Made by a program: the position numbers and the translations under genes. A model generated the notes under the pieces. It saw nothing but the letters and a program-made list of their open reading frames with translations, did not search any database and was not told where the DNA came from. This document shows, piece after piece, positions 1 through 9,538 of a stretch of DNA of 64,000 nucleotides. Origin of the DNA: Octopus sinensis (lineage: Eukaryota); the NCBI RefSeq assembly GCF_006345805.1, contig NC_043010.1, positions 5,394,001 through 5,458,000 on the forward strand, in the 5' to 3' direction. The number at the start of each line of letters is the position of its first letter. Within the stretch, counting starts at the first letter, position 1.

Positions 1-117
1 TGGCCCATGGCTGTTTTCAGAAGAGTCCACTGTCACAAACATATGAGCCAAATATCTAATTCGAGGACAACTTCTCATAGGCATTGCCTTTCTTTCTCTG
101 AATAAAAGATAAAAATA

Positions 118-345
118 ATGGTTCAGATTTTGGCACAATACCAACAAATACCTGGTGTTTTGGCACAATACCAACAATACACAATACTTGGAGCAGGTAA
201 GTCAATTACATTGACCCCGGTGATCAACTGGTATTTATTTCATCGACCCTGAAAGGATGAATGGTATAGTCAATCTAAATAGAATTTGAACTCAAAACAT
301 AAATCCAAAAGAAATGTCACTAAGTAATTTTATCTGCTATACTAA
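118..345 (-). mobile_element. Family A SINE, degenerate copy (A2 tail)
   Basis: Reverse complement of the family core (ATCGACCCTGAAAGGATGAA..GAATTTGAACTC) plus the TTTTGGCACAA tail, which is locally duplicated. Confidence 0.75.
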
Positions 346-406
346 TAAATACAGAAATAAGGCTGTCAAAAATTCATTGAAATTATCATTAAAAGTTGTA
401 GCATCT

Positions 407-622
407 AAGGTGGTGAACTAGCAGAATTGCTGGCACACCAGGAAAAATCCTTAGCAGCATTTTGTCTGCCTTTGCATTCTGGGTTCAAGTGCTGCTGGAG
501 TCAGCTTTGCTTTTCACCCTTTCAGGGTTAATAAAATAAGTACCAGTTGAGAGATGGGCTCAGTGTTATCATCTTACTCCCTCCCTTGAATTTTCTTACC
601 TTGTGCCAAAATTTGAGATCAA
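407..622 (+). mobile_element. Family A SINE (A2 tail)
   Basis: tRNA-like head with box A-like TAGCAGAATTG and box B-like GGGTTCAAGT, core GCTTTTCACCCTTTCAGGG, tail CTTGTGCCAAAATTTGA. Confidence 0.8.
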
Positions 623-635
623 CATTAGAAGCATC

Positions 636-1472
636 TAAAGTGGCAAACTGACAGAATCATTAACAAGCATTAAAGTGGTAAGCTGGCAGAAGCGTTAGCA
701 CGCCAGGCAAAATGTTTAGCAGTATTTTGTCTGCCTTTATGTTTTGAGTTCAAATTCTGCCATGGTCGACTTTGCCTTTCATCCTTTCAGGGTCGATAAA
801 TTAAAGTACCAGTTATGCACTGGGGTTAAATAATCGATTTAATCCGTTTGTCTGTCCTTGTTTGTCCCCTCTGTGTTTAGCCCTTTGTGGGTAGTAAAGA
901 AATAGGTATTTTGTCTGCCTTTACGTTTTGAGTTCAAATTCCGCCAAGGTCGACTTTGCCTTTCATCCTTTCAGGGTCGAAAAATTAAGTACCAGTTACG
1001 CACTGGGGTCGATGTAATCGACTTAATCCCTTTGTCTGTCTTTGTTTGTCCCCTCTGTGTTTAGCCCATTGTGGGTAGTAAAGAAATAAGTATTTTGTCT
1101 GCCTTTACGTTTTGAGTTCAAATTCTGCCAAGGTCGACTTTGCCTTTCATCCTTTCAGGGTCGATAAATTAAATACCAGTTACGCAGTGGGGTCGATGTA
1201 ATCGACTTAATCCCTTTGTCTGTCCTTGTTTGTCCCCTCTATGTTCAACCCCGTGTGGGCAATAAAGAAATAAGAATCATTAACAATCTGGGTAAAATGC
1301 TTAGCAGCATTTATCCATCATTGTGTTCTGAGTTCAAATGCTGCCAGAGTCGACTTTACCTTTCATCCTTTCAGGGTCGAATAAATAACTAGCAGTTGAG
1401 TACTGGAGTTGGTATTATCAACTTATCTCCTCACCTGATATTGCTGGTCTTTTCCACAATGGGAAACCAATA
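636..1472 (+). mobile_element. Nested family A SINEs: a trimeric A1 copy (667-1272) inserted into an older A2 copy
   Basis: One head followed by three ~184 bp body+tail units starting at ~722, ~905 and ~1090. TSD AGAATCATTAACAA at 653-666 and 1273-1286. Confidence 0.88.
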
Positions 1473-1977
1473 TTTGTAGCTCTTTCTTAACAATTATTTC
1501 TAACATTAGTAAAAAAAAAAGTTATTTTGTAGGACAGGTGTTGCTGATTATATTACTTCTAATACTTGACTGGTACTCTATTTTATCAACCTCAGTGGCA
1601 TGAAAAGTAAAGCTTACCTCAGACAAGATTTGAACAAAGAATTTAAAGAACCAGAATAAATATGGAGAGGTATTTTGCTTGATGTTCTTACAATTCTCCC
1701 AATCCACCAACTTTACCATTTTTTGAAAAAATAATATCCATTTTTAACACTGGCGCAAAATTTGGTGAGGGGGGATACTGTCAATTGAATTGATCTCAGT
1801 ACCTGGAAGGGTGAAAGGCAGAGTTAACTGTGACCAGTTTTGGACTCAAAACTTCAAGACATAACTAAAAACTGAGACTTTTGTTTTGCCTAAAACTCTC
1901 AAGATTTCTTCAATGATTGGACACAAGGTGCTACAAAATTTGGGAAAAAGTATAATCAATTAAACTAGTTCCAGTAA

Positions 1978-2189
1978 TTGGTTACAAATGTTGGCACAAG
2001 GCCAGTAATTTCTGGGAATGGAGGAAAGTTGACTACATTGACCCCAGTGGTCAAGTGGTACTTATTTTACGATCCCAAAAGGATGAAAGGTAAAGTCAAC
2101 CTCAGTGGAATTTGAACTCAGATCATAAAGACAGATGAAATGCCACTAAGAATTTTTCCTGGTGTCCTAATGAATCTGGCAACTTGCAG
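1978..2189 (-). mobile_element. Family A SINE (A2 tail)
   Basis: TTGGCACAAGGCCAG tail, AAAGGATGAAAGGTAAAGTCAACCTC core, box B reverse complement GAATTTGAACTC. Confidence 0.82.
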
Positions 2190-2374
2190 TTTTATTTATT
2201 TAGTTCCAATAACTAACAGTTTACTTTATTAACCCCACAAGGACAAATGACAATGGTTAGGAAGATGTAAAACATGTTCCAGAAATGTACACATGTTACT
2301 GAAATACAATGTTGCACATTATAATGTAAATTTGATAACTGCTTTACAAAATTATTTTAAAATTATATTTCAGT

Positions 2375-2397
2375 TACAGCAAAAGACAGAACATTTG
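2375..2397 (+). CDS. Candidate 23-nt exon (xTAKDRTF)
   Basis: Acceptor ATTATATTTTCAG, donor GTAACA (weak), open reading in phase 1 to 0. Confidence 0.2.
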
Positions 2398-2762
2398 TAA
2401 CAGATAGAAGTAGTGAATCAATACATTAGCAGCACACCATTGGTTACATAGGTGTTTGTTATTGTTGTTGCTGCTGCTGTTGTTGTTGTTGTTGTTGTTG
2501 ATGATGATGATGATGATGATGTTGTGATTGTTGACTTGATAAGGTCTATGATCAACAATATTGCAGCAGTGACAATGTCATTTTTGTTTAAAAGAATTGT
2601 GTATTCAGGACTACATTGTCTTGGATAAACTTGTGCCCGTCACTTTTTAAGATTGCACATTGTGATTTATGATAGATTTGGCTACTATTTCTAGTAGGCT
2701 GAGTTGCCACATGTATCAGGAATGGGAAATCTTTTACATACAGGGATGAATTTGCAAATATC

Positions 2763-2793
<31 letters not shown>

Positions 2794-3252
2794 AGTGTTT
2801 TAGGGGATATTTTTGGTGAGAAAATAACGAACCTTTAATTTAAATTACTGCTATGGTCCTGAAGCTTAAACCAGTCTTACTTTTTTTCAATTTTTTTCAA
2901 AGGAATTGCAAAAAGTAAAGCATTATTACCTTCTTCTAGATAGAGTAATAAATTTGATAGCTCCATTATACAAAATGTAATCTATCTTTAAAAACTCTCT
3001 TTAAAATCAGTCTTTAAAAAAATTGTCTTATCACGCGCAAAAAAAAAAAAAGCTTGCCGTTGGGAAAATATAAGGATCAAAGAAAAGACAATGTCTGAAT
3101 TCTTTACTTTTTATTTTTTGTCTTTGATAATTACATTTTGTACATCTGTGAAGTGAAGTGGAACTGTATTTTAATCACCATTGGAAACAATTCACAAAGA
3201 ACAAGACTTAAGGAAATACAGTGTATCAGTTGAAGTAATTGGAAAAATATAC

Positions 3253-3255
<3 letters not shown>

Positions 3256-3306
<51 letters not shown>

Positions 3307-3320
3307 TATATATATATGTG
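3256..3320. repeat. (CATA)n/(TA)n microsatellite
   Basis: Directly visible. Confidence 0.95.
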
Positions 3321-3546
3321 TTTCTATGTATGTCTATATATAAGTATACATGCATATTTGTATTTTATATATGTATATATATGTATTAAATAGATAATCG
3401 TAATTAAATATATTTTTGGAGGGTATTTTGCTTAATTCACAGTAATTTCACACATATTATTGATATTTTCTTCTTTACTTTTCTTTTCTCTCTCTTTCTC
3501 TCTCTCTCTCTTTTTTTTTTTTTTTTTTTTTTGCTTAAACGGAACT

Positions 3547-3619
3547 TCATTATAATTAAGCTTATGACACCAACGTAAAGGTAACAATATTGGTGGTCCA
3601 TAAAACTTAACAGTAATGA
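3547..3619. ncRNA. Candidate pre-/pri-miRNA hairpin
   Basis: TCATTAT(3547-53)/GTAATGA(3613-19) basal stem, 2x2 internal loop, TTAAG.TTATG.AC.ACCAA pairing with TTGGTGGTCCATAAAACTTAA, and a ~12-nt terminal loop, all in unique sequence. Confidence 0.4.
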
Positions 3620-3939
3620 CTGCAGCTCATGTTTTTTTTTTTAAGACTCTACTTTCATTTTCAGTTTGTTTATAATGCGGAATGAAACGAAAGCACTTCA
3701 GTGCTGTGTGCCATCTCTGTTTGGTTTCAGTTTCACTTGAGAGGACACTGGAAGAGAATTTCTTCTGCAATAATTATCCAACTTAATCAGTTTTTATGAG
3801 ACTTTTCCTTCTTCTTATCTTTTCTTTCCTTTTTTTCTATATTTTTTCTTGTTGTTGCCACAAAAAGGAACCTTTGACAATTTTGTTTTTCTTTTTGTAA
3901 CTTCGTCAAAATGGGTTTAAGCTTGGTTGAAATTATCTT

Positions 3940-3993
<54 letters not shown>
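3940..3993. repeat. (TAG)n microsatellite
   Basis: Directly visible, ~18 units. Confidence 0.97.
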
Positions 3994-4464
3994 CTTTTAT
4001 TGTTGCATTTCTGTTTAGTTTTTATGGAATTTTTTTTTTGCCTTATTGTTTGTATGATTGCTTTCATTTTCATGGTAGTTTTCCTGAGATTCTTGTATTT
4101 TATGGTATTGTATTTTTGTCTGGTTTTCGTTGTTTACTTGTTTTGTTATTTAAGTCTTTGTGTGATGTGAAGTGATATGTATTTTTTTTGTATGCGTGTG
4201 CACGCACACACGTTTGTGCATATGTGTATGTGTGTGTGTGTGCGTGTGTGTGTGTGGTTGTATTCCATTTATTTGCTAGTTGCTAGTCATAGTAATACTA
4301 GAAGCGGTGGCTATTCTTCTTGCATTTTTCTTTCTCTTCATTCTTGCTGTTTCGAATTATGGTTCATGTTGTATTTATGATTATAGAGAGAAATTATTTT
4401 TCTGAAAGTGAAAAACATTTAATGTTTGTTGCTGTTAATGATTTTTGTATGTATTTTTGTGAAG

Positions 4465-4515
4465 GCTGTAAAACGTTTGGTAATCTCTCACCATAATGTA
4501 GAAAATAAATCCCTT
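4465..4515 (+). CDS. Candidate 51-nt exon (AVKRLVISHHNVENKSL)
   Basis: Acceptor GTATTTTTGTGAAG, donor GTGAGC, phase 0-0 and open. Alternative donor GTAATC after AVKRL. Confidence 0.3.
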
Positions 4516-5282
4516 GTGAGCCGAGTCTACAACCTAATTTTGGTTTTCCGTTTTAACTACTTCACATCACTTATGCCTACAAATACTTTTGAGAATGACT
4601 TGGACAACACAGCTTTTGCTTCCTTCACCTCGCTCTGAACTCTGAAGAACCTTTGACCTCAGACCTATATATATTGGAAGTCAACAGACAGGGCCACAAC
4701 ACTACATGCTAGTCTAACTAAGTGATTGCCTGGGGTAATAAAATCAAAGGTACCACAAATAACCTACACGAAATTTCTTTATCCAATTAAAACCTTGAGA
4801 ACTTACTAATAAAGATAGCAATTGAAGTCACTCCCCCCCACCCCCAAATAGAATGGAGGTCAGAGTCGAGAGGCTCATGTGATGCTATGATCTGTCACAT
4901 GATTTGTTGTAAAACATTTCAAATCTTGACTGAATTTTCTCAGAGATACGCATGAACATAAAACTATAGAACTCTTGTTTCCAAGTTAATTATGATTTTT
5001 CTGATTGAATTTTTCAGCTGATGTAACGAGATTAGAATATATTGTTAAAAAACGATCAGAGAATGGATTCCAATTGTAAAAGTGGGAGAAAGGAAATGCT
5101 TGGTACCTTAGCAATATTATGGGTCTCTAGGCAAATCAGTCCACTGGGTTTTATTGTATTTATATATTGACAGAAAGCCACAGTATAAATAGATCAGAAT
5201 TGGATCCCTAGACCCATTAGGGCCTCAGGAAAATTGAGACACTGGGCTCAATAGAACTTATTTATTGGTAGCAAGCCATAAC

Positions 5283-5515
5283 ATACGTAGCTTAGTGGTT
5301 AGAGAGTTGGACTCATTATTGTAAGATTGTGGTTTCGATTCCTGGACCGGGCTTCGCATTAAGTTCTTGAGCAAAACACTTCATTTCACTTTGCCCCAGT
5401 CCACTCAGCTGGCAAAAATGAGTAATCCTGTGATGGGCCGGCATCCTGTCCAGGTGGGGAATTTCTATGCCATGAAACCAGGAAATTGGCCCTTATGAAT
5501 TGGTAGGACTTGAGA
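5283..5515 (+). mobile_element. tRNA-headed SINE with CORE-like and V-like segments
   Basis: Head GTAGCTTAGTGGTTAG..GGTTTCGATTCC; CORE-like TCTTGAGCAAAACACTTCATTTCAC..CTCAGCTGGCAAAAATGAGTA; then GATGGGCCGGCATCCTGTCCAGG. Domain names are from memory of SINE superfamilies. Confidence 0.7.
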
Positions 5516-5816
5516 AATTAACTTTACCTAACCTTTTTTTACAGCATACATAAATCAGGCTTCTTAGACCCATGTGGCTCTAAAACAATTGCCCATTATG
5601 CAATTCCTTAAGGTGGCACTGAGGAAGTGCACCTTATATGGTTGAACTAGGGTGTTGAATACTCTGACACTAGCTCTGTTAACTGGCAAATACTCCTTGG
5701 TATGTTTTAATGTGTAGGCACGATAAAAGAATCATAACAAGCTGTTTTTTCTCTCAAAAAAAGTTAACACAAACAAAGCCTGGAAAAAGGTGCAGCTTCT
5801 AAACGTATACATGTGG

Positions 5817-6287
5817 TACTCTTTTGATTGTTTCAGTCATTGGACTGTGGCCATGCTGGGGCATCACTTTGAAGGATTTAGTCAAAAATGTCAACACCAG
5901 TTCTTATTACCAAGTCTGATACTTATTCTATCAGTCACTTTTGCCAAAACCACTAAATAATAGAGACACAGGCAAACTATAACCTGTTGTTAAGTGATGG
6001 TGGAGGACAAACACATACATATATATATATACCCTCACATGCACAAATGTGCACATGTACAACACATATACACACATGCACATACACATACACACACACA
6101 CGCACATGCACACACACATATACAACAGGCTTTCACTCGGTTTCTGCATATCAAATTCACTCACAAGGCATCGGTTGGCCAGGGACTATGGTAGAAGTCA
6201 TGTGCCCAAGGTACTACACTGTAGGACTGAACCCCAAACCACATGGTTGCAAAATGAACTTTTTTACCACTCAGCCATGCTTGTGCC
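5817..6287 (-). mobile_element. Family B SINE, degenerate
   Basis: Tail rc TTGTTTCAGTCATTGGACTGTGGCCATGCTG, internal CA/TA repeat, head rc GGACTGAACCC..ACCACTCAGCCA. Confidence 0.8.
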
Positions 6288-6392
6288 TATACTCTATCAT
6301 GTTTCCATAGTCATGACTGAGCACAACTAATTTGTTTGGTGTGAGAATTAATGGGACTGGTGTTAACAATGTTTTTGTTGTTGCTATTGTTT

Positions 6393-6765
6393 CATCATTA
6401 TCATCATCATCATCGTTTAACATCCGTTTTCCGTGCTAGCATGGGTTGGACGGTTCGATCAAGGTCTGGGAAGCCAGGAGGCTGCACCAGGCTCCAGTCT
6501 GATCTGGCAGTGTTTCTACAGCTGGATGCCCTTCCTAACGCCAACCATTCCATGGGTGTAGTGGGTGCTTTTTACATGCCACCTGCATAGGTGTCAGGGG
6601 AGGCTGGCAGCAGCCACGATCGGATGGTGCTTTTTACATGCCACTAGCACAGGTACCAGGGTAGGCTGGCAACGGCCACTAATGGTTGGTGCTTTTTATG
6701 TGCTACCAGCACAGAAGCCAATCAAGGCAGCACTGGCATCGGCCACATTCGGATGGTGCTTTTTT
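6393..6765 (-). mobile_element. RTE-type LINE 3' end (3' UTR with ~3 internal repeat units)
   Basis: (CAT)n tail, GCTAGCATGGGTTGGACGG, CTGGATGCCCTTCCTAACGCC. The same UTR is attached to an RTE ORF end at 50549-51088. Confidence 0.85.
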
Positions 6766-7049
6766 CATAAGCATAATTCAAGCAGTTTTGATTCATTTTG
6801 AATTGGGATTATCTTTTAAAAAAAAAAAGCATAATCATCACACAGTAACAAATTTAACCTGGTAGCATATACCATGCTTTCGCTAATTGTTTTAGCTTAC
6901 TATGTAGGTAAAAGTAGACATAGACATCCACTTGTCTATGCCATACTTGAACCAGTGGAACACCAAGGATGTGTTGACTGAAAGGCAACAAGGCTGCATT
7001 TGGCACTTGCCTGGTGCTTGTTTTCAGCTGAGAAATGTGTATAGTTCTG

Positions 7050-7282
7050 TGTATGCATGTGCAGGTGTCTGTGTGTGAAAGTGTGTGTGTGTACGTGTGT
7101 GTGTGTGTGTGTGTGTGTTTGTGTGTGCATGCATGTGTTTGTGAGTGTATGTATGTGTGTGATATTTGTGAGTGTGTGTGTGTGTGTGTGCGTGTGTGCA
7201 TGTTTGTGTGGTTGTTTGTGTGTGTGTGTGTGTGCGTGTGTGTGTGTGTGTGTGAGTGAGTGTGTGTGTGTGCGTGTGTGTG
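7050..7282. repeat. (GT)n compound microsatellite
   Basis: Directly visible. Confidence 0.95.
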
Positions 7283-7293
7283 TTTGCCTCCAG

Positions 7294-7399
7294 TGCCAAC
7301 AAGTACTGTCGCAAAAACAGGTTGAATGTCCAATCAGCAAGCAAATAGCTGCTTCACCAAATTGTTTCATTCCAAAGGAGTGTCTGTGCAACTCAGACA
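7294..7399 (+). CDS. Candidate 106-nt Cys-rich exon (CQQVLSQKQVECPISKQIAASPNCFIPKECLCNSD)
   Basis: Acceptor TGTTTGCCTCCAG, donor CA|GTAAGT. One of three frames is open across the whole exon. Confidence 0.42.
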
Positions 7400-7436
7400 G
7401 TAAGTAAAATACCATAAGGTATTCTTTTCTATTTTT

Positions 7437-7670
7437 GAGAGGTGGCGAGCTGGCAGAAACGTTAGCGCGCCGGGCGAAATGCTTTGCGGTATTTCGTCTG
7501 TCGTTACGTTGTGAGTTCAAATTCCGCCGAGGTTGACTTTGCCTTTCATCCTTTCGGGGTCGATAAATTAAGTACCAGTTACGAACTGGGGTCGATGTAA
7601 TCGACTTAATACCTATGTCTGTCCTTGTTTGTCCCCTCTATGTTTAGCTCCTTGTGGGTAATAAAGAAAT
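7437..7670 (+). mobile_element. Family A SINE (A1 tail), young full-length copy
   Basis: Intact head GGTGGCGAGCTGGCAGAAACGTTAGC, box B GAGTTCAAATTCC, tail ending AAAGAAAT. 20-bp TSD AGGTATTCTTTTCTATTTTT at 7417-7436 and 7671-7690. Confidence 0.93.
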
Positions 7671-8476
7671 AGGTATTCTTTTCTATTTTTTTCACCAATC
7701 TGTAGATCTATTAATGTTATACATGAGTGAAAGTTGTATGCAACAAACTGTATGCACAAAAGAGCCCTCTAGATAATTTCCTTCTGCCAAATTTCATTCA
7801 AGTGGTATTGGTTAACCAAAAGCAATGGTATAAAAGACACTTGCCCAAGGTGCAATGAAGCTGAATAGAACCCAGAACCACATGGCAGCAAAGAAAACTT
7901 CTGAACATCACAATCATGCTTCACCCACATGAATTTATTTGACTGTTGATTTTAATTTTAAATTCCAGTAAATAAATATTTCATAAATTCTAATTCTACA
8001 GAGAAATTTCCTTTGCATCTGCTGAGAAATTAGTTGTACGGTCTCTACTTTGGATTCATGACTTTGCAATTCAATTTTACTCATGAATTTTAAACCTCAC
8101 CCTTGCCACAATGTATGAATATTGATACTTCTTCAAATTTGTAGCATTTCATGAGTTTTTTTTGTTTTTTCTCTCCTGTATATGTGTTGATAAACTACAC
8201 AAGTGAGTTAGGAGTGATTAGTTACCGTTGGAAAGGTATAAAAGTCAAATCATCCTGTTCTTCCTTTTCTTGATAAATGTGAACTTTAAAGGAGCCAATA
8301 GGGGTTTTCTCTGTGGTGGCTCAATCTTCCAGAAATAGTGGCTGAATTTCTTCCAATCACATCTTACAAACAGTATTACACTTGCTTAATTCTTTACTGA
8401 ACACCTGGATGTTTTATTTTTGGAGACTGCTGCACCTTTAATAGGGGACAAAGGCATTAATGTTGTTTGACGAAAC

Positions 8477-8611
8477 AAACATGAAATCAAAGACTTACAA
8501 AAGCTAATGGAGAACAAAGACTCCTGGCACAGCATTATGGAACACTTCTCGTTTGTGACCACTTCAAGAAGACAACCTACCGTCTTAAAAACTAATGACA
8601 CTTTGGCTTAA
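8477..8611 (+). pseudogene. Possible decayed RTE LINE ORF C-terminus
   Basis: Peptide KHEIKDLQKLMENKDSWHSIM resembles the DL..LM.DRD.WR end of RTE ORFs (weak, by eye). Confidence 0.3.
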
Positions 8612-8896
8612 GTAGACATAGACATTCACAATGATGGAATGGTTACTGCTGAAGTAACTTTGATCACATATCTGCTTAATTAGAGTTGACTTTGAACTGA
8701 ACAACAATAACAACAAGATGAGCTCCAATAATTATGTTAGAAATCTAGAGGTCAGGTATTGCTCTGTTGTTAAGAAACGATGGTTTTGGGTTCAATCACA
8801 CTGCACAGTACCTAGGGCAAGTGTTTTTTATTATAACTATGGGTCAACCAATGCCTTGTGAGTGAATATGGTAGATGGGAATTGCATGGAGCTCAT

Positions 8897-8928
<32 letters not shown>

Positions 8929-8986
8929 TATATTCTTTTATTCTTTTACTTGTTTCAGCCATGCAGCTGCAGTCGTGCTGGAGCTC

Positions 8987-9029
<43 letters not shown>

Positions 9030-9516
9030 TATATATGCATGTGTGCTTTTGTGTCTGTGTTTATCCTTACCAACATTCAACAAACAGTGCTGTGGTTAGT
9101 TTGTTTATGTTCCCTCAATATTGCATTCAATTAAAAAAAAAGCAATTGAATAAGTACCATACTTGAAAAATAGTACTTGGGTTATTTGTTCAAAATACAA
9201 GATATGCAAAAGTATACAAAAATTACTTGTCATGGGACAGAATGGTTTCAAGGTCTTTGATTTGGCCCCCTTCACATTATCAGCTTCTCAAATGAGCATT
9301 CCTAAAAAAAAAATATAAACTGCATGTAGCCAAGAAGTAAACAAATTACAGGATTCTGCCTCTGGAAAAGCATGGGTTTTGTCTTCTATGTGTGTTAGCC
9401 AAATTGCCATCCACGCCTTTTTCTTAAATGTAACACAACTCCAACAACAGCAGCAGCAGCAAACATATGTGGTCCCCCTGTGCATTTCACACAGTCTACA
9501 CCCACTCAAAACTTAC

Positions 9517-9538
9517 CCCCAGATTCTACCTTTTGTGT
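9517..9538 (-). other. Candidate 22-nt minus-strand exon
   Basis: Minus-strand acceptor TTAATTTTTAATGTTTTAG and donor GG|GTAAGT. A second acceptor (T11-AG) lies 213 nt downstream at ~9303. Confidence 0.25.

Noticed and set aside
190-205. GTAAGT donors at 197, 27687, 34623, 36730 and 47204
   Set aside because: All are part of SINE consensus sequence, so they are not evidence of exons.
3556-3610. SECIS element reading of the hairpin (ATGA..AA)
   Set aside because: The 3' side lacks the GA needed for the non-Watson-Crick quartet.
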